Source: Myxococcota bacterium
GTDB lineage: Bacteria > Myxococcota_A > SURF-8
Assembly (NCBI GenBank): GCA_965140415.1
Contig: OZ223209.1
Location: 832,001 to 896,000 of the forward strand
Reading direction: 5' to 3'
DNA: 64,000 nt
Shown: positions 29,735 through 43,500 of the stretch, piece after piece
Position numbering within the stretch: position 1 is the first letter of the stretch
Layout of the letters: every line of letters starts with the position of its first letter
Notes under the pieces: model-generated
Told to the model about the DNA's origin: nothing
Database searches by the model: none
Seen by the model: the letters and a program-made list of their open reading frames with translations, nothing else
Made by a program: the position numbers and the translations under genes

Positions 29735-30334
29735 ATGCGTGACTGCACATTCGTCTCTACCGTAATCACCGGACTTCTTTGGGTGTTGCCGATCGGTTTA
29801 GCCTGCGCTTCAGAAGCGGCAGGACATGGTGACGCTCACGGTCATGGTGCCAGTCTCGGCTTCATTTTAAGCCTGTTCTTCAACTTCATCGCGTTCGTAC
29901 TCTTACTCTTTTTCCTACTGAAAAAGCCGGTTTCCGGTTTCTTCGCCACCCGCTCGAAAGAGGTGGAAGATCAGTTGGCTGCCGCCGATCGCCGTCGGGC
30001 CGAAGCGGAAGCGAAGATCAAGGAATATGGGAGCAAAATCGACGAGTTGATGGCGACTCGCGACGAAGTGCTGCAAAAAGCCAAAAAAGAGGCGGCTTAC
30101 GAGCGGGAATGTCTGCTCGATCAGGCTCGCCGTCAGGCAGAATCCATCGTCGAAGATGCCCAGCGCTCGATTGACGTGGAGTTAGGCAAAGCTGAAAAAC
30201 GCTTCCGGACCGAGGCCATCAAGACTATCGCGGAGGAAGCGGAGCGCCTGTTGAAGACCTCTTTAAACGAGGAAGATACGGTTCGCATGGCGGATGACTA
30301 CATTGAAATGCTGCGGGAGGTGAAGCGCGCATGA
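29735..30334 (+). CDS. atpF: ATP synthase subunit b
   Basis: NFIAF..LKKPV..FF..R plus coiled coil; N-terminal signal-like and His-rich extension. Confidence 0.88.
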   Translation: MRDCTFVSTVITGLLWVLPIGLACASEAAGHGDAHGHGASLGFILSLFFNFIAFVLLLFFLLKKPVSGFFATRSKEVEDQLAAADRRRAEAEAKIKEYGSKIDELMATRDEVLQKAKKEAAYERECLLDQARRQAESIVEDAQRSIDVELGKAEKRFRTEAIKTIAEEAERLLKTSLNEEDTVRMADDYIEMLREVKRA

Positions 30335-30873
30335 AACGATCCGCACTGGCAAAACGATATGCCCGCGCTTTTGTCGACTTCGCCGGTTCCAATAGTGATG
30401 CCGGTAAGTTAGCCGACGAATTGTCCCTGTTCCAGCAAGCCGTGGATACCTGTGATGACCTAAAAAGCGTAATGCACAACCCGAGATTTGCGGCCCAGCG
30501 CGATGCCGTGCTTGAGTCTGTAATTGCGGAATTGAAATTGAGCCGCCCCTGCCAGCAGGTGTTGGCCTTGCTTGTTCAACGAGATCGGTTACGCTATGTC
30601 GGCGATATTGCTGAAGCAATCCGCCAGCAAGTGGAAGAAAAAACCGGGCGGGTGCGTGCGACGGTGGTTTCGGTCAAGCCGTTACCCGAGGATCGCTACC
30701 AGCGCATCCGAGCGGCTGTTGAACGTATCACCGGCAAAATGGTGGTTTTAGAAAAGCTGACCGATCCCAATCTGATAGGCGGGATCGTTACGCACATCGG
30801 ATCGACCGTGTACGACGGGAGTGTACGGTCGCAGTTGAATCGTTTCAGATCCTCTATCGGCAAGGAGAGTTGA
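30331..30873 (+). CDS. atpH: ATP synthase delta
   Basis: AKRYARA and [16 protein letters not shown] motifs. Confidence 0.95.
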   Translation: MKRSALAKRYARAFVDFAGSNSDAGKLADELSLFQQAVDTCDDLKSVMHNPRFAAQRDAVLESVIAELKLSRPCQQVLALLVQRDRLRYVGDIAEAIRQQVEEKTGRVRATVVSVKPLPEDRYQRIRAAVERITGKMVVLEKLTDPNLIGGIVTHIGSTVYDGSVRSQLNRFRSSIGKES

Positions 30874-30874
30874 G

Positions 30875-32545
30875 TTGGAGATCAGACCAGCAGACATCAG
30901 CAGGATCATCCGGCAACAGATCGGCGATTTCGAAAGCCGTCTGGACGTTGCCGAAACAGGTTCCGTTCTCACCGTTGGTGACGGTATCGCCCGTGTCTAC
31001 GGACTCGAAGACGCGATGGCCGGGGAGCTGTTGGAGTTCCCGAACCAACTGTTCGGAATGGTGCTAAACCTGGAAGAGGACAACGTGGGTGTAGCGCTGT
31101 TCGGTGAAGACCGGCACGTTCGCGAAGGCGATACGGTCAAACGTACCGGCAAGATCGCTTCCGTTCCAGCAGGCGAAGCCGTGCTGGGCCGCGTTATGAA
31201 CGCTTTGGGGCAGCCCATCGATGGATTGGGTCCGATCGAGACGACCGAGACTCGACGTATCGAGCTGAAAGCGCCGGGAATCGTTGCTCGTCAATCGGTT
31301 AAGGAGCCGCTCCAGACCGGTTTGAAGGCGATCGATTCCATGATTCCGATTGGTCGCGGCCAGCGTGAGTTGATCATCGGTGACCGCCAGACGGGTAAAA
31401 CCGCCATCGCCATCGATACGATCATCAACCAGAAAAAAACGCATGAGACCGATTCTCCGGTCTATTGCATTTACGTTGCGATTGGACAGAAGCAGTCCAC
31501 CGTGGCCATGGTGGTGGATCGCCTGAAGAAGTCCGGAGCGATGGAATACACCACCGTCGTAACCGCAGGCGCCAGCGAAATGGCCCCGTTGCAGTTCATC
31601 GCACCCTATACGGGCTGCTCCATGGGCGAATGGTTCCGCGACAATGGCCGCCATGTCGTGATCATTTACGACGATCTGTCCAAACAGGCCGTCGCCTATC
31701 GTCAGCTCAGCTTGCTACTGCGCCGTCCGCCGGGCCGCGAAGCCTATCCGGGCGACGTCTTCTACCTGCATTCCCGCTTGCTTGAGCGTGCCGCGAAGAT
31801 GGCGGAGCATTACGTCATCGTTAAAAAGGACGCCGAGCCCACCGTGGAAAATGCTTTGGGCGGCAAGGTGTACTCCAACGTGCTGCTGCACATCGAAGGT
31901 AAAAAGAAACTGGCCGAGCATCCGGACAAGGACAGCCTGGCTTGGAAGAAACTGCCTGGCACCGGTGGTTCGCTGACGGCACTGCCGATCATCGAAACGC
32001 AGGCCGGTGACGTTTCCGCCTACATTCCGACGAACGTCATTTCGATTACGGATGGCCAGATCTTCCTGGAGACGGACTTGTTCTACTCCGGTATGCGCCC
32101 CGCTGTGAACGCCGGTCTGTCGGTGTCCCGCGTCGGTGGTAACGCTCAGATCAAGGCCATGAAGTCGGTTGCCGGTAAACTCCGCCTGACCTTGGCACAA
32201 TACCGCGAGTTGGCGGCGTTTGCCCAGTTCGGTTCCGATCTGGACAAGGAAACCCAGCGCCAGTTGCACAAAGGTGCACGTCTGACGGAAATCCTGAAGC
32301 AGAAGCAATATACACCGTTGTCTGTCGCCAAGCAGATTCTGATCATTTTCGCCGCCAACCGCGATTATCTCAACGATTATGAGTTGAGTGCGATCGGCAA
32401 ATATGAAGAAGAACTGTATACGTTTGTCGACGACAATCATCCCGGACTGCTGCGTGAAATCTCGGACAAGAAGGTTCTGACCGACGAAATCGAAGCGCAG
32501 ATCATTAAAGTTCTGGATGAGTTCAAGGCCATTTTCCAACCCTAA
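30875..32545 (+). CDS. atpA: ATP synthase alpha (TTG start)
   Basis: [31 protein letters not shown]. Confidence 0.98.
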   Translation: MEIRPADISRIIRQQIGDFESRLDVAETGSVLTVGDGIARVYGLEDAMAGELLEFPNQLFGMVLNLEEDNVGVALFGEDRHVREGDTVKRTGKIASVPAGEAVLGRVMNALGQPIDGLGPIETTETRRIELKAPGIVARQSVKEPLQTGLKAIDSMIPIGRGQRELIIGDRQTGKTAIAIDTIINQKKTHETDSPVYCIYVAIGQKQSTVAMVVDRLKKSGAMEYTTVVTAGASEMAPLQFIAPYTGCSMGEWFRDNGRHVVIIYDDLSKQAVAYRQLSLLLRRPPGREAYPGDVFYLHSRLLERAAKMAEHYVIVKKDAEPTVENALGGKVYSNVLLHIEGKKKLAEHPDKDSLAWKKLPGTGGSLTALPIIETQAGDVSAYIPTNVISITDGQIFLETDLFYSGMRPAVNAGLSVSRVGGNAQIKAMKSVAGKLRLTLAQYRELAAFAQFGSDLDKETQRQLHKGARLTEILKQKQYTPLSVAKQILIIFAANRDYLNDYELSAIGKYEEELYTFVDDNHPGLLREISDKKVLTDEIEAQIIKVLDEFKAIFQP

Positions 32546-32573
32546 CGGGACTGCTTAACCGGGTAGAGGCGCC

Positions 32574-34909
<2,336 letters not shown>

Positions 34910-34931
34910 CTAACCGAAAGAGGCGACGACT

Positions 34932-35348
34932 ATGGCTGAAAAGCTGAAACTTGTCATCGTGACGCCCGCCGGGGAAAAACTGGCGGGGGAAGCCGATGAG
35001 ATTGTAGCGCCGGGATACAACGGACAGTTCGGAGTCATGCCGGGGCACATCGAATTTTTCACGACCAATCCGCCGGGTGTATTCAAAGCCACCGATGGCG
35101 GCAAAGAATCGATCTGGGCCGTGGGCAAGGGCTTCATCGAAGTCTCCAACGACGAGGTACAACTGCTGGTGCAGTCTGCCGAACCCGCCGAGAAGATCGA
35201 CGTTTCGCGCGCGGAAGCCGCAAGGAAACGCGCCGAAGAGAGCTTGGACAAACTGGAAGGCAACCAGTCCGATGAAGATTGGGAGCACCAGAACCTGCGC
35301 CTGCAACGCGCCGTAGCGCGACTGGAAGCGGTAGGAGCGGCCAAGTAG
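34932..35348 (+). CDS. atpC: ATP synthase epsilon
   Basis: IVTP, GQFGVMPGH and GFIEV motifs; C-terminal helices. Confidence 0.95.
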   Translation: MAEKLKLVIVTPAGEKLAGEADEIVAPGYNGQFGVMPGHIEFFTTNPPGVFKATDGGKESIWAVGKGFIEVSNDEVQLLVQSAEPAEKIDVSRAEAARKRAEESLDKLEGNQSDEDWEHQNLRLQRAVARLEAVGAAK

Positions 35349-35372
35349 CTCATCAGATTTTACGAGATCACC

Positions 35373-35403
35373 AAAGCGCCTCCAATCCGGGGGCGCTTTT
35401 TTT
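35373..35403 (+). terminator. Intrinsic terminator of the atp F1 operon
   Basis: AAAGCGCCTCC-AATCC-GGGGGCGCTTTTTTT. Confidence 0.85.
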
Positions 35404-35536
35404 GTGAGTGGGGGAGGGGGGTGTATTCATAATAAAAAATATTGGGACTTGTATTTCTGTTATAAAATCGTGATATACTTTCCAGGCAAAAGCCGGAAAA
35501 TGAAATCGTAAGATCGGACCGAAAAGAAATTGGTTC

Positions 35537-36592
35537 ATGGTAAGGACTGAATCTGTAATGAAAGCTAAAAAGGCTTATAAGAATATACATTTACTGTGGA
35601 TCTGCTTAATGGTGTTGTTGGGTGTCGTTCTTGTTGTTGGTCTTAAACAGTATTATTGCTGGTTTACAGGAACAGAATATCCTTTTAAAGACTTTCTAAA
35701 TAGCAATCCCTGGACACTTGTTACTGGATTGGCGGCTGTTCCCGCTTTGTTACTCACATGGTATTGGCGACAGAATAATCGCAGGGAAGATCTGGAGATC
35801 GCCCGTGATGCGCAATTGACCGATCGTTTTGCTACCGCAGTGAAATTACTGGGAGATCCCAGCATGGAGGTGCGCTTGGGTGGCATTTATGCCTTGGAAC
35901 GGATTTCCAGAAATTCACCCGATGATCACTGGTCCGTTGTTGAAACGCTGGCAGCTTTCATTCGGGAAAACGCACCGATTCGCAAAAAAAGCCATCCGGT
36001 TTCTCACCCATTCAATCTTGGTAGTGAAGCCTTACCGAAACCCGAAGAAAGGGTGAAACCCAGAACGGATATTCAAGCAGCGTTGACGGTGTTGGGAAGG
36101 CGATGGCATACGGAGGACGAAACTCCCGATCAAATCATCGATTTGAGCTATACGGATTTGAGCGGGGCGGATTTAAGAAAGACAACCTTTAAAAAGGCGA
36201 TTTTTATTGGTTCGAACTTGGAAAAAGCGGAAATGTCTGCAGCGAATTTGAGGAAAGCTGATTTTTCAGAATCAAGTTTGAAAAAAGCAAAACTTTTTGA
36301 CTGTAAGTTGTTTAATGCAAAACTTGAATATGTAAATTTTAAAGATGCCAGTTTACAACATGCAAATCTTGCAGCATCTCTCATCATTGGATCATATTTT
36401 CAGGGAACAGATTTGTATGATGTTGATTTACAGGCAAGTATTCTTTTTGGTAGCAATTTCGAAGGGTGCTCTCATTTGAAATTCGCCAAATTAGATGGCG
36501 CTCGTTTTTCTGTAACTGACAAGGTTTACCCAAGAACCATTTTTCCCCAAGGATTCGATCCAGATGAACAAAATATGAAAAGAGGCGATTAG
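35537..36592 (+). CDS. Membrane-anchored pentapeptide-repeat protein
   Basis: Two TM helices; RFATAVKLLG..VRLGGIYALERI; DIQAALTVLGRR; A(D/N)Lxx repeats. Visibly more AT-rich than the atp genes. Confidence 0.85.
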   Translation: MVRTESVMKAKKAYKNIHLLWICLMVLLGVVLVVGLKQYYCWFTGTEYPFKDFLNSNPWTLVTGLAAVPALLLTWYWRQNNRREDLEIARDAQLTDRFATAVKLLGDPSMEVRLGGIYALERISRNSPDDHWSVVETLAAFIRENAPIRKKSHPVSHPFNLGSEALPKPEERVKPRTDIQAALTVLGRRWHTEDETPDQIIDLSYTDLSGADLRKTTFKKAIFIGSNLEKAEMSAANLRKADFSESSLKKAKLFDCKLFNAKLEYVNFKDASLQHANLAASLIIGSYFQGTDLYDVDLQASILFGSNFEGCSHLKFAKLDGARFSVTDKVYPRTIFPQGFDPDEQNMKRGD

Positions 36593-36600
36593 GGTTTTCC

Positions 36601-36700
36601 GTTGGAGCATGGGCTCCCGTCCTGCTCCAAGTGTTTGTCTTCATTGGTCGGGACAGGAGCCCCGACCGGAAACCGACGGTTCAAGACAGGAGCCTTGAAG
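36601..36700. repeat. 100-bp three-hairpin repeat, copy 1
   Basis: 94/100 identical to 37202-37301; hairpins carry a GAC(A/G)GGAGCC core. Confidence 0.85.
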
Positions 36701-36754
36701 CATCATGAAATGTCGGGCAGAATCTGCCCGACCTACTACTGCCCGACTTACAGC

Positions 36755-36780
36755 TGGATTCCCGCCTTCGCGGGAATGAC
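36755..36780. repeat. ATTCCC-N8-GGGAAT palindromic repeat (dRS3-like pattern)
   Basis: GGATTCCCGCCTTCGCGGGAATGAC. Confidence 0.7.
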
Positions 36781-36823
36781 AGGCAACTTGAACAATCAAC
36801 AGTAACCAAGTAATAGGAGAATA

Positions 36824-37171
36824 ATGATGGAAATGCAATCCCTGGCATACTGTGGCCTCGACTGCTTCCAATGTCCGGCCTATCTGGCGACAAAAAACAA
36901 CGATGATCAACTGCGGGCAACGACTGCCGCCCAATGGTCGGCCATGTTCCAGGCAGAGATCAAGGCAGAGCAAATCAACTGCGACGGCTGCAAGAGCGGA
37001 ACGGAACGGAAGTTTTTCCACTGCTCGCAATGCGAGATTCGCTCCTGCGCGGAAGGGAAGAAATACGAGACCTGCGCCGAATGCGCCGATTTCGCCTGTG
37101 AGAAGGTGGCGTTTGTTGTGGACAACGTCCCGGAAGCCAAAGCGGCATTGGAAGCGCTTCGAAAAGCGTAG
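36824..37171 (+). CDS. DUF3795 family Cys-rich putative metal-binding protein
   Basis: YCGLDCxxCP, CDGCK, CEIRSC and TCAECADFAC motifs; AGGAG RBS. Confidence 0.85.
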   Translation: MMEMQSLAYCGLDCFQCPAYLATKNNDDQLRATTAAQWSAMFQAEIKAEQINCDGCKSGTERKFFHCSQCEIRSCAEGKKYETCAECADFACEKVAFVVDNVPEAKAALEALRKA

Positions 37172-37201
37172 GAAATTGTCGGACAGAATATATGACTCTT
37201 C

Positions 37202-37301
37202 GTTGGAGCATGGGCTCCCGTCCTGCTGCAAGTGTTTGTCTTCATTGGTCGGGACAGCAGCCCCGACCGAAAAGCGATAGTTCAAGACAGGAGCCTTGAA
37301 G
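37202..37301. repeat. 100-bp three-hairpin repeat, copy 2
   Basis: Direct repeat of 36601-36700. Confidence 0.85.
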
Positions 37302-37308
37302 TATCAAC

Positions 37309-37368
37309 AGGTTTTGCCCATCGATCCAATCGTCTAAATAAGATGGGCATGGCAAATGCCCATCCTAC
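37309..37368. repeat. REP doublet family 1, left arm truncated
   Basis: TTTGCCCATC...GATGGGCATGGCAAATGCCCATCCTAC. Confidence 0.75.
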
Positions 37369-37733
37369 TCTAGGCTTCTCCTCCCAGAATATGACCAAAA
37401 TCCGGGATTGAATTCCTACCGAAGTTCTGCGTTTTTTGTTTTCAACTGGTTCGAAATTCCCCACTTAAATCATTAACAATCTATTAAATAGAATTCATTA
37501 TTAAACAATATTTTGTAAATTTTATTGAAAATTTGCCGAATTTAGGTTAGAAATAAGAGAACGATTCTTGTCAGAGTGTGGTTGAGGCGTTTTTCCCTAC
37601 CAGGTGGGTTGCTATCTAAGGAGGGAAAAGCAAGCAAAAAAGGATCGATTTAAAGACTTATGAATAAATGCAGGGTGATTGCTGTAGTGTGTGCTGCGGT
37701 AGGTACCTTTTTGTATGCTAAGGAAAAACGTAT

Positions 37734-38786
37734 ATGAAAGCCGTAACCGTTATCGGGACGCGACCCGAAATCATCAAGATGGCTCCCCTGATTCCGTTGC
37801 TGGATGACAGCTTCGAACATACATTTCTCTTTACAAGCCAGCATTATTCCAGCAATATGGTCGAGATCTTTCTAAACGAAATGGGGGTTCGTCGTCCTGA
37901 CCGGTTTTTGAATGTGGCCGACAGCGATGTCAATAAGCTGGAGGCGGCCATTCGTCCGGCGCTAGAGGAACTGAACCCGAAATGGTTGTTGATTTACGGC
38001 GATACGAACTCGACGCTTGCGGCGGCTCGTGCGGCAGGACCGGATACGGCCATCGTGCATATCGAGGCGGGCATTCGCAGTTTCGATGAACGCATGCCAG
38101 AAGAGCGCAACCGTATCGAGACCGATGGTCTGTCCAAATGGCGGCTGGCGCCGACCGGACTGGCCAAGTATTTCCTTACGGACTACGAAGGCTACCCGGC
38201 TCAGAGCATCGAAGTGGTCGGGAATCTGGTGGTGGATGCCTACTACCGGAACCGGGATCGTATCCTGGCTGCTCCATTGCCTGAAGGTTTGACGGCGGGT
38301 CAGTATTGCCTGCTGACCATGCACCGGGCGGAGAATGTCGATGATCCGGAACGTTTGAAGGACATCATGGAAAGCCTGGCGCAGATTCCGATGACGGTGG
38401 TTTTCCCGGTGCATCCGCGCACCGAAAAACGAATGCGTGATTTCGGTTTGACGTGGCCCGAAAATTTGCGTACGTCAGAGCCGATTGGATACTACCCCTT
38501 CATGCGCATGATGGCTGACTGTTATGTGATTATCACCGATTCGGGCGGTGTGCAGGAAGAGGCGATTACATTGGGTGTGCCCTGTGTCACGTTGCGAGAC
38601 AACACGGAGCGCATGGAAACGGTGTTTTTGAAAGCGAACCAGTTATACGATGCGGCCCACCGACGCGACCTGCATGAGGTCGTGCAACAGATGGCCGGGC
38701 AGCGTGAGCGAATTCAGAAATTGACGAATCCCTTCGGCAACGGCGACAGCGCCGAGCGGATTCTGGCATTTTTACAGTCGCACTGA
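37734..38786 (+). CDS. wecB: UDP-N-acetylglucosamine 2-epimerase (non-hydrolysing)
   Basis: GTRPEIIK, HIEAGIRS..MPEERNR, TDSGGVQEEA, RDNTER and NPFGNG motifs. Confidence 0.93.
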   Translation: MKAVTVIGTRPEIIKMAPLIPLLDDSFEHTFLFTSQHYSSNMVEIFLNEMGVRRPDRFLNVADSDVNKLEAAIRPALEELNPKWLLIYGDTNSTLAAARAAGPDTAIVHIEAGIRSFDERMPEERNRIETDGLSKWRLAPTGLAKYFLTDYEGYPAQSIEVVGNLVVDAYYRNRDRILAAPLPEGLTAGQYCLLTMHRAENVDDPERLKDIMESLAQIPMTVVFPVHPRTEKRMRDFGLTWPENLRTSEPIGYYPFMRMMADCYVIITDSGGVQEEAITLGVPCVTLRDNTERMETVFLKANQLYDAAHRRDLHEVVQQMAGQRERIQKLTNPFGNGDSAERILAFLQSH

Positions 38787-38805
38787 ATCTGGGGAAGCGG
38801 GCACG

Positions 38806-40521
38806 TTGAAATTAAAGCAACGATTTTCGGCTAAGATTTCACTTGGTCTGGCTATGGGGCTGCTGGCCATGGTGGTATGGGCACTCTTGTGCTCGTCTCC
38901 CGCGCTGGCAGGCACGTCCAAATACGCCGTGCGTCAGTCCATCGAGCAGCGTTATAAGCTGGTTTCCGAAGGCTTCCAGGCGATGGAGCAGAAGGACTAC
39001 GACCGCGCGTCGCAGCTTTTCGATGATTCCTTACAGGTCTATCTGCCACCCGAGCAGGAAGAGAACGTTTCGCCTTCGCGGCTGGAGTTGCAGAAATACC
39101 ACTATTACTCGCTCAAGTCCGGTGGTCACGAGGAACTCTCCTATCGCAAGCTGCGCATGCTGGAGGACGTGTTCCCGCAAGACGAAGACATTCACCGCGA
39201 GTTGGGGTACTACTATCTCTCCAAATACGAGTTGCGCTATGCCCGCGACGAATTCGTGATTTTATGCGAGCGCAACCCGGAAAACCTGGATTACTGCCTG
39301 CAAAAAGCCTATCTCTACCTGCAATTGGGAGATAGTCCGGCGGCGATTGTGGCTTTCAGCGACATTCTGCACCACCATCCCGAGCATTCCGTCAGCCGCT
39401 CCGAGTATGCCTATTTGATGTTCGAAGCGGAGGATTACGAAGAGGCGGCCACGCAGTATGAGTTACTGCGCATGGAAGATCCGGAAAATCCCAAAACCTT
39501 GTTGATGCTTTACTATTGCTTCCGGCGTCTGGATCGCCCGGAAGATGCCAAGGAATACCTGCTGCATCTGTTGGAAATCCAGCCTTACCGCTGCGACTTG
39601 TGGATGGAGCTTGGCTATCTGTATTTCTCGCAGAAGGAATACGATCAGGCCGAGGAAGTCTTTAAAAAGGTCGAAAAAGACTGTGAAGACGAGGAAGTTC
39701 GAGAGTCGGCGAAGGCGGCGGCGGAAAATGTCGGGATCTCCAGACCCAAATGGTGGTTTGCCGATGTCTACGCGCATTCGTTCTTCACGGCGCGTTTCCC
39801 CAACCTGATCAACACGGGGCGGGCGCGTATCGGGCTGGTTCCCCCGCTTGTTCCGCTGAAGTTTTATCTTGGGTTGCGCCTGACGCGCGATATTCGCAGC
39901 AAAGGCGTTGCAACCGACAAGATCTACGAGGACAACGTGGGTATTCCGCATGTCGGTATGGATTTCACTCCGGGTGCGGACTTGTTCCCATACCTGACAC
40001 TCTTTTTCGAAATCGGACCGGCCATCTACTTATATGACCGAGATCCGCAGGATCAGGTCGTGTTGGATATGCGCGCCGGGGCGGCATTCGGCATCGATTG
40101 GCAGCAGAACGGACCGGTGCCCAATGCGGAAAAGAACTGGCTGGTGCCGTTGCAGCAGGATGATTTGTCGAAAGCGTTTTTCGGTGAATTGTATACGGAT
40201 CTGATCTGGTTCTACCGCTTCAACAATAACTGGATCGGGACTTTCCAGATCAAGGAAGGTATCAACCTGTTCCAGTATGGCATGCTGCTGGATCAGCTTT
40301 ACCTGCGGTTCAACTTGGGTTATGATGTCGATGGCGTTTTCTACAACAACTATGCGGAGTTGGGAGCAGGCATGAGGGTCATGCCCTGGGACTGGCTCGG
40401 TTTTCAGTTTTATGCAGAGTACATTCTCGGGTTTTACATTCCACGTACGAACTCGGGTAATCCGTACTCGACCGTGTACAACGATGGCCGCATCGGCGTG
40501 TTGTTTTCTCATTACTGGTAA
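38806..40521 (+). CDS. TPR plus C-terminal beta-barrel outer-membrane protein (NfrA/BcsC-like export porin)
   Basis: Signal peptide ending ALA-G; about 6 TPR-like repeats (ELGY..., P-D/E-N turns); aromatic-rich amphipathic strands ending in Trp. Confidence 0.75.
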   Translation: MKLKQRFSAKISLGLAMGLLAMVVWALLCSSPALAGTSKYAVRQSIEQRYKLVSEGFQAMEQKDYDRASQLFDDSLQVYLPPEQEENVSPSRLELQKYHYYSLKSGGHEELSYRKLRMLEDVFPQDEDIHRELGYYYLSKYELRYARDEFVILCERNPENLDYCLQKAYLYLQLGDSPAAIVAFSDILHHHPEHSVSRSEYAYLMFEAEDYEEAATQYELLRMEDPENPKTLLMLYYCFRRLDRPEDAKEYLLHLLEIQPYRCDLWMELGYLYFSQKEYDQAEEVFKKVEKDCEDEEVRESAKAAAENVGISRPKWWFADVYAHSFFTARFPNLINTGRARIGLVPPLVPLKFYLGLRLTRDIRSKGVATDKIYEDNVGIPHVGMDFTPGADLFPYLTLFFEIGPAIYLYDRDPQDQVVLDMRAGAAFGIDWQQNGPVPNAEKNWLVPLQQDDLSKAFFGELYTDLIWFYRFNNNWIGTFQIKEGINLFQYGMLLDQLYLRFNLGYDVDGVFYNNYAELGAGMRVMPWDWLGFQFYAEYILGFYIPRTNSGNPYSTVYNDGRIGVLFSHYW

Positions 40522-40530
40522 GCGGAATCA

Positions 40531-43500
40531 ATGGACGGTAACTGGTTGACAGGTTTGTTTGCTGCGATTTTCTCCGATGAGGTTTTCGGAGTGCTCGCAA
40601 TTATCGCTACCTGGGGATTTTTTATCTCCGGGCTTGATGACCTGTTCATCGATCTGCGCTATACGGTTGCCGCCGTTTTCAGCCGTAAGCCGGACCGAAT
40701 CCGCATGGCGCTGGCCGACAAGCATCCACAAAAGCCGATTGCCGTTATGGTGCCTGCCTGGCAGGAGGCCAACGTCATTCAGCAGATGCTGATGCGTAAC
40801 ATTGCCAATATCGACTACCTGAATTACCACCTGTTCGTAGGTACTTATCCCAACGATCAGGCTACCCAGGATGCCGTGGACCGTGCCATCGAGTTTTATC
40901 GGCGTATGCGCTTTAACGGCAAAGAAAATGGAAAGGGGCGTGTACATAAGGCGCCCATCGATTTCATTCATAAAGTGGTGACGGCAAGGCCCGGTCCTAC
41001 CAACAAAGCAGACAACCTGAATTGCGTGTTCGAGCATATCAAAAAGGTCGAGCGCGCGCTGCTGGACAAAGGGCATTTAAGTCAGCCCTTCGAAGTCTTC
41101 GTCATGCACGACAGCGAAGACGTGATCCATCCCAAGGAATTCAAGGTTTTCAACTACCTGATTTCGGATCGGCCCGAACGCGAGCGACCTCGCAACGAAA
41201 CCTTCTGCGAGCAGTTCGATTTCGTGCAACTGCCCGTTTTCCCGTTGGAAATCAGCATTATTCCCACTCGCGAACAGCGTTTGAAGCAGATCGAAGCCTG
41301 GGAACGATTTACCAAGGGAGGGATTTCCGTTAAGGTCAAGGAAACCCCGGTGGTGATGTACGAAACGATGCGGGCGGTTTCCACCTACTTCACGAACGTA
41401 TGGCGTTATTGCGTTTCTGCAACGTACATGGACGAATTCGCCGAGCATCACACCAAGGATATGGTGGTGCGGCGTGCCATTCGCGGCCTGGTGCCTTCGG
41501 CAGGAACCGGCACGGCGATGAACCGGCGCTCGTTACTGAAGTTAGAGGAGATGAACCCGAAAAAGTCCATCTTCAACGACATCCACTTGACCGAAGATTA
41601 TGAAATCAGCCTAGCGCTGAAGAATCTGGGCGCGAAGCAGTTCTTCCTGGTCGAGCCGGTGCGTATGGAGAAATATCGCGGCGGACGTATGGATCTGATC
41701 ACCGAAGAAGACGAGTTCGTCGCCACCAAAGAATATTTTCCGGACTCCTTCCAGAAGGCGATTCGCCAGAAATCGCGCTGGGTTATGGGTATTACTTTCC
41801 AGACCATGTTCCCCGGTAAGAGTAAAAACCTGCTGGTGGACTTTATGAAGGGCTGGGAAGGCAATATGGTCACGAAGTACACGCTGCTGCGCGACAGAAA
41901 GTCGCTGGTGACCAACTACATTAATATGTTGGGTTACATCGTTTTCATTTACTGCGTGGCGCGACTTTTCATGGTGGAAGTGTACGATGACGATTGGTCC
42001 TTCTCCAACATCTTCCCGCCCAACTCCGTGTTGTGGTGGCTCTTGTTGTTCAACATCGTCGTCATGGTGGAGCGCTACCTGCAACGTTACCACGCCATCA
42101 GCAAGATTTACGGTGTTAAACAGGCGGTTTACTTCCTGATCCGATCGATCACCTTGGTCGGTTTGTTCCTGGGTAACTTCATCAACTTCGTATCTACCTT
42201 AAGCGCGACCAAGCGCTATTTCAGCTATGTCTGGCAGGCGTTATTGGATCGCTTGTTCCCCAAACGCAAAACGAAGACAGTGGTGCGCAAAACCGCAGAA
42301 GGCACGGAAGAAACCGTCGTGACGCGCAAAAGCGCCGAACCGGCCTGGGGCAAAACCGACCACAGTTATCTGTCCGACGAGCAGATGCGGGAATACGTCA
42401 ACCGTATCGGGCAATTGGCCATGCGTACGCGACTGATGCAGGTGGAAGAGTTGGAAGAGGCCCTGCGGCGGCAACGGGAAGAGCATCAGCGGTTGGGTGA
42501 AATCCTGAAAAACATGGGTGTTGTCGATGATGTCGGGTTTTCCATGTTGTACGCTCAACAGCTTTCCGTACCCATGCATGAAATCGATTTCTTCCAGGTC
42601 GATCCGGAGGTGCTGAAACAGGTGCCGGAGAGTATCGCCTCGGAGTTCGGACTGGTTCCGCTGTTCATCGATGAAGGTGGAAACCTGATCGTGGCGGTGA
42701 GTGAACCGATACACGAGGACAACCGGCGACGCATCGAGCAACGGCTGGGCAAGCCGGTCAAGTTTGTTATTACGTACCAGTCGGATATTGAATTCTCGCG
42801 CCAGCGCGCCTATGGTCACATGGTGCAACGTCAGGCATCGCAGATTCCCAAGTTAGGTATTCTGCTGTTAGGCCAAGAGGCGGTAACGGAAAAACAATTG
42901 GGCGAGGCGCTCAAATTGCAACGTGAAAAGCGCCAGCCGCTAGGCCGCATTTTGGTGCAGATGGGCGCCATCGACAAGGAGACGCTTTCTCAGGCGCTTT
43001 TCAAGCAGAAGCAGTCTCGCTTGACTTTGGGTGAAAGCTTGCTTGAAAAGGGGCGTATCAATTACGACCAGTTGCAGCAGGCGCTTTACCAGCAGAAAAT
43101 CAATCGCAAGCCGCTAGGTGAAATCTTGTTGGAAATGAAGGCGGTTGATGAAAGTGACCTGGACGAGTTCTTCCGCGCTACCTTGAACATCGGCTATCGG
43201 GATATACGTCCCGAAGAAATCGATTTCGGAGTACAACAGCGGTTCTCCCCGGCTTTTTGCCGCATTTACCGCACGATACCGATCTGTCAAAGCGAGGATG
43301 GTGAAGTCGTCACGTTCGCCTTGGCGACGACTGCGGTGCGCGGTGCGATTGCGAGCCTGGAAGAACGTATGGGATTTACGGCGGAAGTATTCCTTGCGCC
43401 GGAAGCGAGTATCCGCAAAGCGATCGAAACCTGTTTCGACAAACTGGATGTGGTTACTCAGCAAGCCCACTTACTGGGAAATCGTCTGGTGGCGGAAGGA

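Noticed and set aside
36601-36700. CsrB/RsmY-like sRNA suggested by GGA loops
   Set aside because: One core is on the opposite strand, one GGA is mutated in copy 2, and there is no terminator. A DNA repeat is more likely.
36641-37285. Minus-strand 214-aa ORF and other ORFs spanning the repeats
   Set aside because: They are translations of repeat DNA and antisense DUF3795.
35537-37301. Integron cassette array
   Set aside because: No integrase nearby and the repeats show no clear RYYYAAC...GTTRRRY attC boxes.
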